In this document: positions 20,601 to 31,219 of the stretch, in pieces
How the letters are laid out: each line of letters begins with the position of its first letter
Numbering within the stretch: position 1 is the stretch's first letter
Assembly: GCA_014896485.1 (NCBI GenBank)
Contig: JADBKH010000005.1
Span: 7,500-71,499, forward strand
Origin: Bacillota bacterium
GTDB taxonomy: Bacteria; Bacillota; Bacilli; Bu12
Direction: 5' to 3'
DNA: 64,000 bases
Notes under the pieces: model-generated
What the model was told of the DNA's origin: nothing
The model's input: only the letters and a program-made list of their open reading frames with translations
Database searches by the model: none
Made by a program: the position numbers and the translations under genes

Positions 20601-21911
20601 TCATTGTGCAGGCGGAGGTGACTCTAGGCCAGCACGTTGAAACAGATCGTCGATATGTCCCAAATACACCGCCGGATCAAAGAGCGCATCGAGCTGGTCG
20701 AGACTCAAAAAACGCTCTATTCCAGCTTCCATCAGCGTCTCCCGGAAAGGACGCTCTTGCTGCCATGCCGTCATCGCCGCTTTCTGTACCAGATCGTAGG
20801 CCTGTTCTCGGCTCAATCCGGTATCGACCAACGCCAGAAGAACCCGTTCCGAATGGTAAAGGCCTTGGGTAAGGGAAAGGTTCTTAGACATATGCTGTGT
20901 CGAGACCTCAAGTCCCGATACGATCTGCTCCATCTGCCCAAGCAGGTAATGCAGTAGGGTCGTGGCATCCGGAAGGATCACCCGCTCGACCGAAGAATGG
21001 GAGATGTCTCGCTCATGCCAAAGCACCACATCCTCCAGCGCCGAAAGTACAAAGCCACGCAATACCCTTGCCAAACCGCTCACTTGCTCGGATTGGATCG
21101 GATTGCGCTTATGGGGCATAGCCGAAGATCCCTTTTGTCCGCTGGAAAAAGGCTCCGCCACCTCCCGGACCTCGGTCTTTTGCAGCGCCCGAATCTCTGT
21201 CGCAATGCGATCCAGTCCCGTCGCTGTAAGTGCGATCGCGAAGATCAGCTGGGCATGTCGATCGCGTGCCACCACCTGGGTAGCCACCGGTTCAACGCCG
21301 ATCCCCAGATGGGAACAGACATACGCTTCGACCCGTGGATCAATATTGCCGAAGGTACCGACGGCACCGGAGAGCTTGCCAACAGCCGCCTGAGCGAAGG
21401 CATCCTGCAAACGCGCGCGATTGCGTTGGAGTTCGGTGTACCAGCCGGCCACTTTGATCCCAAACGTGATCGGTTCGGCATGAACCCCATGTGTCCGCCC
21501 GATCATCACGGTCTGTTTGTGCCGCAAGGCCAGTGTGCGCAACGCTTCCAACAGTGCCTCCAGGCGCGTGTCGATCAACGCACCGGACTCTTTGATCAAG
21601 ACCGCTTGCGCGGTATCGACCACATCGTTGCTCGTCAATCCGTAGTGCACCCAACGCCGCTCCGCACCCATCGACTCCGAAAGGGCACGCGTGAAAGCGA
21701 CGACATCATGATGGGTCTCCTGCTCCAGGGCGGCGACACGCGCTACGGTAAAATGAGCATTACGCCGCACTGCCTCTGCTTCTTCTACAGGAACGACACC
21801 CAAGCTGGCCCAAGCTTCGACGGCCAGGCACTCCACCTCGCGCCACAGTTCATACTTGTGCTGGACGCTCCACAGCTGGGCCATCTCAGGCCGGGTATAC
21901 CGTTCGATCAT
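20601..21911 (-). CDS. purB: Adenylosuccinate lyase
   Basis: MIERY start, GRTHGVHAEP, GSSAMPHKRNP, WHERDISHSS motifs. Confidence 0.97.
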   Translation of the reverse strand: MIERYTRPEMAQLWSVQHKYELWREVECLAVEAWASLGVVPVEEAEAVRRNAHFTVARVAALEQETHHDVVAFTRALSESMGAERRWVHYGLTSNDVVDTAQAVLIKESGALIDTRLEALLEALRTLALRHKQTVMIGRTHGVHAEPITFGIKVAGWYTELQRNRARLQDAFAQAAVGKLSGAVGTFGNIDPRVEAYVCSHLGIGVEPVATQVVARDRHAQLIFAIALTATGLDRIATEIRALQKTEVREVAEPFSSGQKGSSAMPHKRNPIQSEQVSGLARVLRGFVLSALEDVVLWHERDISHSSVERVILPDATTLLHYLLGQMEQIVSGLEVSTQHMSKNLSLTQGLYHSERVLLALVDTGLSREQAYDLVQKAAMTAWQQERPFRETLMEAGIERFLSLDQLDALFDPAVYLGHIDDLFQRAGLESPPPAQ

Positions 21912-21933
21912 GAGAAAGTTTCCACCGCCGAGT

Positions 21934-22458
21934 TCATCCCCGGGTCCCTTTCCGCTGCAAGTAGCCGTCTACCCCATACGATTGCAAAAGCGCATCCTTC
22001 TCTGCCACTTCGGCAGCAAGATGTTCCCGATAGGCCACAAGACGTTCTTCCAAAGACGGGTCACCGACAGCCAAAATTTGGCAAGCTAACAATCCCGCAT
22101 TAAAGGCGCCATCGATGGCCACTGTAGCGACCGGAATCCCTTTCGGCATCTGTACTTCAGCCAGCAAGGCATCTAAGCCAAGCAACTTCCCCGAGAGTGG
22201 CACAGCAATCACGGGCAGGAGGGTGTGGGCAGCGACTACCCCAGCCAAATGAGCAGCCGCACCCGCTCCGGCAATGATGACGCGAATCCCCCGTTCTGGC
22301 GCTTTTTTCATCAAATCAGCCAATTGCTGGGGCGTACGGTGTGCCGAGAGGATGTGCACTTCGGTGGTCACCTGTAACGCAGCCGGCGCCTCAAGCGCGG
22401 CACGCATAACAGGTAGGTCGGAATCGCTACCCATCAAGACCAAGACGCGAGTTCCCAA
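21934..22458 (-). CDS. purE: N5-CAIR mutase (PurE)
   Basis: [31 protein letters not shown] motifs. TTG start at 22458 after an AAAGGGGG SD. Confidence 0.95.
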   Translation of the reverse strand: MGTRVLVLMGSDSDLPVMRAALEAPAALQVTTEVHILSAHRTPQQLADLMKKAPERGIRVIIAGAGAAAHLAGVVAAHTLLPVIAVPLSGKLLGLDALLAEVQMPKGIPVATVAIDGAFNAGLLACQILAVGDPSLEERLVAYREHLAAEVAEKDALLQSYGVDGYLQRKGTRG

Positions 22459-22503
22459 ACATATGCCCCCTTTATCCGGCAGAATAAGCGACAGATTCGC
22501 AAA

Positions 22504-22576
22504 AAATACGAACGAATGATCAAATGCTGACTTTATCGTTCGTCTATAGCATAGAACAGCTGACATGACTCGTCAA
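22504..22576 (-). promoter_or_regulatory. pur operon sigma-A promoter with PurR (PurBox) dyad
   Basis: TTGACG (22571-22576)-17-TATGCT (22548-22553). GAAC (22510-22513)-N24-GTTC (22538-22541) matches the Bacillus PurR dyad. Confidence 0.8.
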
Positions 22577-22606
22577 ATCGAAATCCGTTTAAATGGCGCT
22601 CAAACC

Positions 22607-24025
22607 CTACACCTCGATCTGCTGCCAGCGATTTTTGCGAAAGCGAAACCAGATCAAAAGAGCCCGTACCCATTGATCGACCACAACACCCAACCAAACG
22701 CCAGAAAGTCCCATCTGAAACACCTTGACGGCCAACGTGCCGATACCCAAACGCAGCGCCCAAAGGCCGATAAAAGTCAACAGCAATGGCGCCCGCGTAT
22801 CTCCCGCACCGCGCAGGGATCCAGCGACCACCTGGTAAATGCCCAATCCAGGTTGGCTGAGTGCGGCCCAACGCAGTGCCAATGCTCCCAGGGCAATGAC
22901 ACGGGCATCCGTCGTAAAGAGGCCGACAAGCGGCACGGCAAAGAGCAAAAAAAGCAATGCGATGAGCGTCTGCAGACTTGCACTGAGCACCAAGGCAATG
23001 CGCGTCGTCTTGGCGGCCAGCGTAGCCTTGTGCGCACCCAATACCTGCCCGGTAAAGGCACTGGCTGCAACGGCAAATCCAGCCGCCAAAGGCTGACAAA
23101 GATTGGTGATGTTTACAGCAATTTGATGCGCAGCGTATGCGTCGGTGCCCAACGAAGTGACCAACCGTGCAAAGACGAGAATGCCACCAGAAAGAATCAG
23201 CTGCTCCAATCCAGCGGGAAGACCGACGTTGAGAATCCGCTGGATCAGTGGAAAATTGACGTACAACCGGTTTCGAAAGCGAACATACAACAGGAGTTTT
23301 CCAGATTGCAGCGCAACCATAAAAAGCAGCAATGCCACGAGCGTCGAAACAACCGTCGCGATTCCCGCACCGATCAACCCAAGAGGTGCAATCCCCAATC
23401 CGCCGTGGATCAACCAATAGGCCAATCCCAAATTGAGCACGCCCCTGAACGCGTTGATATACAATGGCGTGCGCGTATCTCCTGCGCCGCGCAACGCACC
23501 GGACAGACACGCGGCATCCGCCATAAACAAGGTAGAGATCAGCAGTAAACGCAGGTAGGGGGTCCCCATTGCCGCTAAAGATGAAGAAAGGCCCATAAAT
23601 TGCAAGATTTCCGAAGAAAAAGAGCACCCCAACACGAGAAGTACCAACCCTGCCAGGGTCGTAGCGATTACAGCCTGCACCGTCGCTTCGACGGCCAGCT
23701 TCTCATCTGTACCTCCCTTGGCTCGTGCCACCAAGGCCGTCGCACCGATGCCGAAAGCGAAAAAGGCCGAGACCAAAAACCAATTGATCTGACCGGCCAA
23801 TCCGACCACAGCAATGGCCTGGGGACCCAAGCCCCCGACCATCCACAGCATTGCCAACTGGATCAACCCGAAGACAAACTGTTCTCCAATCGCAGGCAAG
23901 GAGAGCTGGAGAACGGCCCGTACCAATGTACGGCGATCGGCTTGCTCGCCAAAAGAGAGCAAAGCCCGATTCCCTCTCGGTGCATCCGTTACGATTTCAT
24001 CCGTGTCAGAAGAATGTTTATCCAT
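22607..24025 (-). CDS. MATE family efflux transporter
   Basis: About 12 hydrophobic segments; duplicated LRGAGDTR motif; AAHQIA. AGAAAGGA SD. Confidence 0.92.
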   Translation of the reverse strand: MDKHSSDTDEIVTDAPRGNRALLSFGEQADRRTLVRAVLQLSLPAIGEQFVFGLIQLAMLWMVGGLGPQAIAVVGLAGQINWFLVSAFFAFGIGATALVARAKGGTDEKLAVEATVQAVIATTLAGLVLLVLGCSFSSEILQFMGLSSSLAAMGTPYLRLLLISTLFMADAACLSGALRGAGDTRTPLYINAFRGVLNLGLAYWLIHGGLGIAPLGLIGAGIATVVSTLVALLLFMVALQSGKLLLYVRFRNRLYVNFPLIQRILNVGLPAGLEQLILSGGILVFARLVTSLGTDAYAAHQIAVNITNLCQPLAAGFAVAASAFTGQVLGAHKATLAAKTTRIALVLSASLQTLIALLFLLFAVPLVGLFTTDARVIALGALALRWAALSQPGLGIYQVVAGSLRGAGDTRAPLLLTFIGLWALRLGIGTLAVKVFQMGLSGVWLGVVVDQWVRALLIWFRFRKNRWQQIEV

Positions 24026-24343
24026 TTTATTCCTTTCTTAAAGATTTGTTCCTTCAAGCCAGACCATCGTATCGCATCCGCATTTGTGTCAGCTTCGGAT
24101 GACAAAGGCAGTGGAGGATACTGCACCGCTTCTCATCTGTCGAATCATCCGTTGATGACCGCTTGATTCTCTTGGATCCACTTCTGGGCAGCAACTGCGG
24201 CTCCATCGCATGATCAACGCAGTTTCATGGATCAATACCCCTGCTATCTTCGTTTAAAGTATAAATAGTATCCTTGGAGAAATCCCGCACCACAAGACGC
24301 AAGGGGTGCTAAGATAACGCAGTGGTGCTAAAGGAGGGAGAAG

Positions 24344-25189
24344 GTGGCTCATCCTTCTATTCGTCTGCTCGCCGTCGATTTAGACGGCACATTGCTCCCC
24401 CAAAGCAAACAGATTCTCCCCCGAACTCGAGAGGCACTTCGCCAAGCAGTGCAAAAGGGAATCCACGTCGTCTTGGCTTCTGGACGGATGCCGGCTTCTA
24501 TCGGCGTCTACGCAGATGGGTTGGAACTCACTGATCCCTATGCTGCCCTCAACGGCGCGATCCTCGCTCAGCAGGACGGGCAACGGTTACTGCGCCTTCC
24601 CATACCCCAGCCAACGTTGGCCGACCTGCTCCGCCTCCTCAAGCAAGCTGGTCTTCCCCTCCAGCTGTACGGGGATAACCACCTGTTCATCCAAGAGCCA
24701 GATGAACACCTGCTGCGGTGGTTCAAACGCAATGCGGTCAAAACAGGAAAAAAGACGACACCTGCATTTCGCGTCACAGCACTGGGAGATGCTCTTTTCT
24801 CTGCCGAGGCCTTTCGAGAGGAGATCTACAAAATCGCTGTCTTCTCTGGCAACAAGGCAGAGGTAGAGCAACTCCATCGACAGCTCGTCCGCTTCCCGGT
24901 CACCGTGGCTTCTTCTGCCGCGCACAACCTGGAGATCACCGCACCTGCAGCAGACAAGGGCGAGGCGCTGCATTTTTTGTGCAACCACTTGCAGATCCCG
25001 CTCGAAGAAACAATGGCCATTGGGGACAATACCAACGATCTTCCCATGCTTCGAGCAGCGGGGCTGGCCATTGCCATGGGAAACGCCCCGGCTGCCGTGC
25101 GCAACGCTGCCCATTGGGTGACACAGGACTGCGAACATGACGGAGTCGCCATTGCCGTCGAGCGCTTCCTCTTTGCTCCACAGCACTGA
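24344..25189 (+). CDS. Cof-type HAD-IIB phosphatase
   Basis: DLDGTLL, ASGR, DKG and IGDNTNDLPM motifs. Confidence 0.93.
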   Translation: MAHPSIRLLAVDLDGTLLPQSKQILPRTREALRQAVQKGIHVVLASGRMPASIGVYADGLELTDPYAALNGAILAQQDGQRLLRLPIPQPTLADLLRLLKQAGLPLQLYGDNHLFIQEPDEHLLRWFKRNAVKTGKKTTPAFRVTALGDALFSAEAFREEIYKIAVFSGNKAEVEQLHRQLVRFPVTVASSAAHNLEITAPAADKGEALHFLCNHLQIPLEETMAIGDNTNDLPMLRAAGLAIAMGNAPAAVRNAAHWVTQDCEHDGVAIAVERFLFAPQH

Positions 25190-25244
25190 TCGCAAGAAAA
25201 CGCTGCCAAGCCGTCCTTTGACCCAAAGAGCGCTGGGCCACTGC

Positions 25245-25640
25245 TTAGGGACAGATCACACCCTCTTCCAGGCGCACTTCGACAACTTCAAAGCGAATGC
25301 CCCGGTGAGACCGTTTGTTCTCTTCGACCAGGATAAAAAGGCCATGGCGCATTCCGTCTTGCAAGGCCAAGGTAAGCTCAACCGGAGATCGGTCCCCAAA
25401 TTGTTGTGCAAGAGCGGCAAAGGGAAGGCGCTTTTCGGGTGCCCCACACAAAGTCTCGGTGATGGCTTGAATCAGAGGATCATGGACCTCAGCCCGTCGA
25501 CGACCACGCAGAAAGCGCCCAACCGGAAAAGGCCGATCGGGCACTTTGACCGTCTGTTCCAGGCGATCTTGCATGGGGTTTTCCAACCAGCGGTCCTGCA
25601 TCTGCCACGACTGCCAAGCCGCCACGTGCTCACCTTCCAT
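25245..25640 (-). CDS. Hypothetical protein (131 aa)
   Basis: Fills the gap directly downstream of pbuG on the same strand; no motif recognised. Confidence 0.5.
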   Translation of the reverse strand: MEGEHVAAWQSWQMQDRWLENPMQDRLEQTVKVPDRPFPVGRFLRGRRRAEVHDPLIQAITETLCGAPEKRLPFAALAQQFGDRSPVELTLALQDGMRHGLFILVEENKRSHRGIRFEVVEVRLEEGVICP

Positions 25641-25655
25641 GCGAAAACAACAGTC

Positions 25656-27026
25656 CTATATCTCGATAAAGATAAAGCGCGCGATCACCAAAAGAAAGAG
25701 CACCCACATCAACCAGTGAATCTGCTCGACCTTTTCTCCCCTTGCACGCAGAACAAGATTGCGAACGCCGTTGATGATACAGTAAGAGACGATGCCAAAG
25801 GAGACACCGTTGGCAATCGAGTAGGTAAATGGCATCATGACAATCGTCAAAAAAGCCGGTATGGCATTGCGGAGCTCGGACCAGTCGATCAAACGAACCG
25901 ACTGCATCATCAACACGCCCACCAAGATGAGGGCAGGGGCAGTAGCCGCATCCGGAATAATGCCCGCCAGTGGTGCCAGCAGCAAAGCCAGTAGAAAGAC
26001 CACCCCTGTGGTCACAGCGGTCAAACCGGTGCGGCCGCCAGCGGCGATACCCGTCGCACTTTCTACGAAGGCCGTAATCGTGCTGGTGCCCATCAGTGCA
26101 CCGAAAGAGACGCCCGATGCATCGACGAGCATCGCCCGTCCCAGACGCCGCTGCCCATCTGGTCGTTCAAGCAACCCTGCCCGTTGTGCCGTCCCAACCA
26201 AAGTCCCAAACGTGTCAAACAACTCGACAAACGTAAAGGTTGCGATCATCTCGATGATGCCGGAATCGATGGCACCACGGATGTCCAGTTTGCCTACTGC
26301 CAAATGGCTCAGGTTGGGCAGAAACTGTGGGTGCTGCAGGGCAGCCGTATTGCTCACACCGAGCGGAATGCCGATCAGTGTCGTCACCAAGATCCCGATC
26401 AGCAACGCTGCAGGTATCCGCAGCACCATCAGCAGCGCATCGAGAAAGAGTCCCACAATGCCCAGCAGCATGACCCGGTCATGAACCACATTGCCAATGC
26501 CCAAGTTCCAATCCAGATTGGGTACAATCCCTACGGCATGGGGTATCGTCAAAGAGATGCTCATGAAATTGCCAAGCTTTAAACCGATCACGGTGATGAA
26601 CAGCCCAATGCCGACAGTAATAGCATACTGAATAGCGGTTGGTACAGCGACGACCAACAATTGGCGAACGCGTGTCACTGTCAGGATGATAAAGATAATG
26701 CCTGAGATAAAGACAGCACCCAAGCCCACCTGCCAGGTGATGGCCCCATTGGAACCGAGCACGACGGTCATAAAATAGGCGTTGAGCCCCATGCCTGGCG
26801 CGAGCGCAATGGGGAAGTTTACAAATAATCCCATCGCCATGGTCACGACGCCCGCGCCAACGGCCGTGGCAAAGAAAACCGCATTGCGATCCATTCCGGT
26901 AGCACCGAGAATCGAGGGATTGACGAACAAGATATAGGCCATCGCCACGAAAGTGGTGAGGCCCGCAATCACTTCTGTCCGAATGTTGGAATTGAATTCA
27001 CTGAGATGAAACCATCGCTCCATCAC
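25656..27026 (-). CDS. pbuG: NCS2/AzgA-family hypoxanthine/guanine permease
   Basis: GLTTFVAMAYILFVNP, APGMGLNAYF, FDTFGTL, ESATGIAAGGRTGL motifs; follows guaA as in Bacillus. Confidence 0.9.
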   Translation of the reverse strand: MMERWFHLSEFNSNIRTEVIAGLTTFVAMAYILFVNPSILGATGMDRNAVFFATAVGAGVVTMAMGLFVNFPIALAPGMGLNAYFMTVVLGSNGAITWQVGLGAVFISGIIFIILTVTRVRQLLVVAVPTAIQYAITVGIGLFITVIGLKLGNFMSISLTIPHAVGIVPNLDWNLGIGNVVHDRVMLLGIVGLFLDALLMVLRIPAALLIGILVTTLIGIPLGVSNTAALQHPQFLPNLSHLAVGKLDIRGAIDSGIIEMIATFTFVELFDTFGTLVGTAQRAGLLERPDGQRRLGRAMLVDASGVSFGALMGTSTITAFVESATGIAAGGRTGLTAVTTGVVFLLALLLAPLAGIIPDAATAPALILVGVLMMQSVRLIDWSELRNAIPAFLTIVMMPFTYSIANGVSFGIVSYCIINGVRNLVLRARGEKVEQIHWLMWVLFLLVIARFIFIEI

Positions 27027-27065
27027 GACCGGCCTGATCTCCTTCCGTTACTCTAAAACGGAGTG

Positions 27066-27140
27066 AGTGTAGCAGGTGCAGTCCGCCCTCGTCAACAAAA
27101 TTCGAACGATCCTACAAATCAATAAAACAACGTACGCATT
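27066..27140 (-). promoter_or_regulatory. pbuG promoter with PurR-like dyad
   Basis: TTGACG (27090-27095)-18-TACACT (27066-27071) with extended TG. GAAC (27104-27107)-N24-GTAC (27132-27135). Confidence 0.65.
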
Positions 27141-27153
27141 TTCGCACACTTTT

Positions 27154-28731
27154 TTATTCCCACTCGACGGTCGCCGGTGGTTTGGTGGTGATGTCGTAGA
27201 CCACCCGACTCACCTCGGGAAGCTCGTTGCATAACCGTTGCGCAATCTTTGCGAGCAACGCAGGCGGCAGAGGGGCCCATTCCGCCGTCATCCCGTCTTG
27301 AGAGCGCACAGCACGAACGGCGATTGTCTCACCATAGGTGCGCGCATCCCCTTTAACCCCGACGCTTCGTATACCGGGCAGAACGGCAAAGTATTGCCAA
27401 AGCTGGCGATGGTATCCGCTCGCTTCGATCTCTTCTCGCACAATGGCATCGGCCTGACGGACCAGCTGAAGACGCTGTGGTGTCACAGTGCCAATGATGC
27501 GGATGGCCAATCCTGGGCCAGGAAAAGGTTGACGCCAGACCAAGGTTTCCGGCAAGCCAAGCAGCAAACCGACCTGGCGCACCTCATCTTTGAAGAGCCA
27601 ACGGAGCGGCTCGACCAGCGAGAAGTGCAGATCTTCTGGCAACCCCCCGACATTGTGATGCGATTTGATCGTGGCCGACGCACCACTCCCTGACTCAATG
27701 ACATCCGGATAGAGGGTACCTTGCACCAGGAAAGGGACCTCTCCCCATCGCTTTGCCTCCACTTCAAACGTGCGGATAAAGGCCGCTCCAATCCGTTTGC
27801 GTTTCTCTTCCGGATCTACAACTCCTTCCAACTGACGCAAAAAGCTCTCCCGCGCATCGACATAGTGCACCTCGATGTGCAGCCGAGCAAAGCTTTCCAG
27901 GACTTGGGTTGCCTCACCCTCCCGCAGCAATCCATGGTCGACAAAAATACAATGCAGCCGGTCTCCCAGGGCACGTCCGGCAACCGCTGCTGCCACAGCC
28001 GAATCGACCCCACCGGAAAGTGCGCAGATTGCTTCTTCCTGCTCGCCCACCTGAATACGTACCTGATCGACCAACTGCTGGACGACGTCTTCCAACCGCC
28101 ACTCTCCCTGGCAGTGACAAATATCCATTAGAAATCGGCGAATCAGCTGCATCCCTTTGGGTGTCTGCGAGACTTCTGGATGAAACTGAACTGCGTAGCG
28201 CTTGCGCTGTGTATCGTGCATCGCTGCGATCGGCGTCTCCTGTGTCTGCGCGTCGACGACAAAACCCGGCGGTGCCACGAGGACGCGGTCCCCATGGCTC
28301 ATCCACACGGGCTCTTCCGCCCCCCAATCGGAAAAGAGCGGCCCTCCGTGGGTGATGTGCAAGGATGCCGGTCCATACTCTGCATGCTCTCCACCCGCTA
28401 CTTTCCCCCCATAATGCTGCGCCATCAACTGCAGTCCGTAGCAGATGCCAAGAATGGGAACTTCCAACTCCCACAGCGACGGATCAGGATAGAGGGCATC
28501 TTTTGCGTAGATGCTCTTCGGCCCTCCCGACAAGATTAACCCCTTTAACGGTAGATCCCGCAGTTTCTCAACCGGGAGATCAGCCGGCAGCAGTTCACTG
28601 TAAACCCCACATTCACGAATGCGCCGACAGATCAGCTGATTGTATTGGCCTCCAAAGTCAAGCACCGCAACCATCTCAGATTCAATGAAACCGCCGCCTC
28701 TCTTCTTCTGTTCATCCGTTGCCTCGGGCAC
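27154..28731 (-). CDS. guaA: GMP synthase (glutamine-hydrolysing)
   Basis: LDFGGQY, GICYG, QFHPEV, SGGVDS, IKSHHNVGG, KPPATVEWE motifs. Start uncertain (GTG 28731 with GAGGAGG SD, or ATG 28674). Confidence 0.97.
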   Translation of the reverse strand: MPEATDEQKKRGGGFIESEMVAVLDFGGQYNQLICRRIRECGVYSELLPADLPVEKLRDLPLKGLILSGGPKSIYAKDALYPDPSLWELEVPILGICYGLQLMAQHYGGKVAGGEHAEYGPASLHITHGGPLFSDWGAEEPVWMSHGDRVLVAPPGFVVDAQTQETPIAAMHDTQRKRYAVQFHPEVSQTPKGMQLIRRFLMDICHCQGEWRLEDVVQQLVDQVRIQVGEQEEAICALSGGVDSAVAAAVAGRALGDRLHCIFVDHGLLREGEATQVLESFARLHIEVHYVDARESFLRQLEGVVDPEEKRKRIGAAFIRTFEVEAKRWGEVPFLVQGTLYPDVIESGSGASATIKSHHNVGGLPEDLHFSLVEPLRWLFKDEVRQVGLLLGLPETLVWRQPFPGPGLAIRIIGTVTPQRLQLVRQADAIVREEIEASGYHRQLWQYFAVLPGIRSVGVKGDARTYGETIAVRAVRSQDGMTAEWAPLPPALLAKIAQRLCNELPEVSRVVYDITTKPPATVEWE

Positions 28732-31219
28732 GTCTTGCCTCCTCTTCTTCCGTATTTGCCGTGACTTGACCGCCTGCCACTGCTGGTTGTCGTAGGGCAA
28801 CGATCAACGCCAGACCATCTTCACGCAGCTTTCGCACGTCTGCCTTTGAGGGACGCGGCCCAAAGCGCAGGCGCTCGTAGCTTTCGACAAACGCATCGGC
28901 AGCTCCAGCTGCTTGGGGAAATGCCCGGATAAGCGATTGCGCCCAAGCGACAGGAAGCCGTGTTGGGTCAACCGCACCAAACAGACGGCAGATGATTACC
29001 ATCCGCCGCATCGCACGATCGGCAGTCCGGCGGACCTCGGAAAGCCCCTCATCGCGCCAACAGACGCTCCCCCAAAGCAGGGGTGGCAGCCAATGACGTC
29101 GCAACAAGAGCGCAGCAATCAGTGCCACGACAAACAAACTACCACCGGTGGCGATCGGCCAAAAGGGCAACTGCTCGGTGTCTCGGCCCTCTTTCGTGCT
29201 TGCTGCCGCAAGCGATTCTGCCTGCTGCGGAATTGTTGGTGCCGGCTTCATCGTCCGTGGATGCTCTTCCTGAGTTGCAGGAGGATGTTGCATCGAGCGG
29301 TTGTTCACCGGCAGCGCAGCTTCTCCCCAGGGGGTTGCAGAAGAAAACCCCGGCGTCGGATCAAACGCAACCCACCCCACTTGTGGGAGAAAAACCTCCA
29401 CCCAAGAATGTGCATCCCTTGCCCGAACCTCGTACTGATGTGTTCCTACCTGCGTCCCTGGAGCGAAGCCTTTCACCCACCGTGCGGGAATACCTTCCGC
29501 ACGCAAGAGCACCACCATTGCCGATGAAAAGTAATCGCAGTAACCGGTGTGGGTATCAAAAAGGAACTGATCGACGAAATCTCGTCTCGGATCGATAGCT
29601 GGAGGATGCAATGTGTATTGAAAATGCTGGGAGTCGTTGAGATACTGCTGGATCGCCAGCGCTTTGTCGTAGAGGCTCAAGGATTCTCCTGGTGCCTGCT
29701 TGGTCGCATCAGCAATGATCTGGTCCGCCAATTGATAGACCCGTTGTGGAAGCTCGCTTGGAAGCTGGAGATAGGGAGCCCAAGCGTTCCATAAGGTAGG
29801 ATCTTGCAAGGCAGGCGCGGCTTTCAAGAGTTGCTCGGACGGCGCCTGCAAACTTTCCTGAACCGAAGCCGGAGCATCCGCTTGGGACTGCGTCACGATC
29901 TGCGGCAAACCGTTCTGATCGGCAAGTACGGAACCGGTGTCCAGGCCGTGTGCCTGACGGATGTTTTCCGGATCGTCCCAAGCAAACGGCCCCCGGCTGC
30001 TGTTGCGTAGCTGCTGGGGAGTATAGTCCGGCGGTTGCCAAACCACTCCGTACTGACTCCCTGCCTGCACCGATCGATTGGGCAGTCGCACCGCGCCACT
30101 CTCCGGATCCAACTCCATCCCAAGGTCGTCTGCCCGGGCTTGGCCATCGACCCACTCCGTGCCAAAAAGGCGCGGGAAAGATCGCGTTGGCCAGGGGAGC
30201 ATCAACTCCGGCAATGTGGCGGAAAGACGCACGTAGGCCGATGACCCGAGCGCATGTCCCGAAGCACCTGCGGTGTCCAACGCAGAACTTGGCACCTTGG
30301 CAACCAACTCGGCCTCATTGCCTATCCAGCCGTGACCCGTATAGAAATCCTTGGACTCCCCCCGCCACAGCGTAGGCTGTTGTGCAGTCACCGTCATCAC
30401 CAAGGCATCGCTTTCCGACAGTCCCCCTCCCAGCTTGCTGTCATCCTTTGAATAGCCAATCGTCTTGGCCCCCAAACCCGCCTGACCGAACACGTGTCCG
30501 TGCAGTGGATCTGGCCAAGCGGGATTGGCGCTCGGTGCAGCCCAGCCTATACCAACAATACAGAGCGACGCTACCAAGGCAGGAAGCAAAAAGCGAGAGA
30601 GAAAGCCACGCCATACCGAAGTGGCCGCTGCTACTCGTTCATACTGAGCCAAGGCGAGCAAAACCACACCGACGCCTGTAAAAACGACAAACGGCCATTC
30701 CAGCCGATGACCCCCAAAAGCATCCATCATCCCCAAAACGACCAACCCGGCTGCAAAGAGCGGCAGAACGCGTTGCCGACGAACAGCGATCTCCGCAAAC
30801 AGCATGGCGCACAACCCAACCAGCAACCAGGAGAGTTCCGGGTAAAAGAGAATGACGAATGTAGAAAGGATCATCTCTGGATTGTCGTGGATCGAGAGTT
30901 GCTGCAACCCCAATGCGATGTTTTCGAAGCGCTGCTGCCAATATGTTTCTAGGTTTGCGTAAAAAGGCAACTCCCCCGGTGCACCGCTTCCCTCTACTCC
31001 CAGTATCAGATCGGAGAAGGCCCAGACCAACAATCCTGCTGGCAAACGCAGGTACCAAGATCGAAGCAGTACCTGAATCGCCACTTGCAACAAGATCGCG
31101 AAAAAAAGCAAGAGATTGGACGGAAGGGCAAGCGTCTGTGCAAAGGGCTGAAAGAGGGCAAACAACCAGACAGCAAGCAGTGGAAGGTAGAGCGCTTTCA
31201 CCCAGGTACGGTTAGGCAT
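28712..31219 (-). CDS. Membrane transglutaminase-like protein (TgpA/YebA-like)
   Basis: N-terminal TM helices; catalytic triad motifs GYCDYF, AHSWVEV, FDPTPG; C-terminal TM and YERLRFG tail. Confidence 0.9.
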   Translation of the reverse strand: MPNRTWVKALYLPLLAVWLFALFQPFAQTLALPSNLLLFFAILLQVAIQVLLRSWYLRLPAGLLVWAFSDLILGVEGSGAPGELPFYANLETYWQQRFENIALGLQQLSIHDNPEMILSTFVILFYPELSWLLVGLCAMLFAEIAVRRQRVLPLFAAGLVVLGMMDAFGGHRLEWPFVVFTGVGVVLLALAQYERVAAATSVWRGFLSRFLLPALVASLCIVGIGWAAPSANPAWPDPLHGHVFGQAGLGAKTIGYSKDDSKLGGGLSESDALVMTVTAQQPTLWRGESKDFYTGHGWIGNEAELVAKVPSSALDTAGASGHALGSSAYVRLSATLPELMLPWPTRSFPRLFGTEWVDGQARADDLGMELDPESGAVRLPNRSVQAGSQYGVVWQPPDYTPQQLRNSSRGPFAWDDPENIRQAHGLDTGSVLADQNGLPQIVTQSQADAPASVQESLQAPSEQLLKAAPALQDPTLWNAWAPYLQLPSELPQRVYQLADQIIADATKQAPGESLSLYDKALAIQQYLNDSQHFQYTLHPPAIDPRRDFVDQFLFDTHTGYCDYFSSAMVVLLRAEGIPARWVKGFAPGTQVGTHQYEVRARDAHSWVEVFLPQVGWVAFDPTPGFSSATPWGEAALPVNNRSMQHPPATQEEHPRTMKPAPTIPQQAESLAAASTKEGRDTEQLPFWPIATGGSLFVVALIAALLLRRHWLPPLLWGSVCWRDEGLSEVRRTADRAMRRMVIICRLFGAVDPTRLPVAWAQSLIRAFPQAAGAADAFVESYERLRFGPRPSKADVRKLREDGLALIVALRQPAVAGGQVTANTEEEEARRARGNG

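Noticed and set aside
22459..22606. Purine riboswitch upstream of purE (also sought before pbuG and guaA)
   Set aside because: No aptamer core or terminator/antiterminator is visible; a promoter and PurR dyad explain the region.
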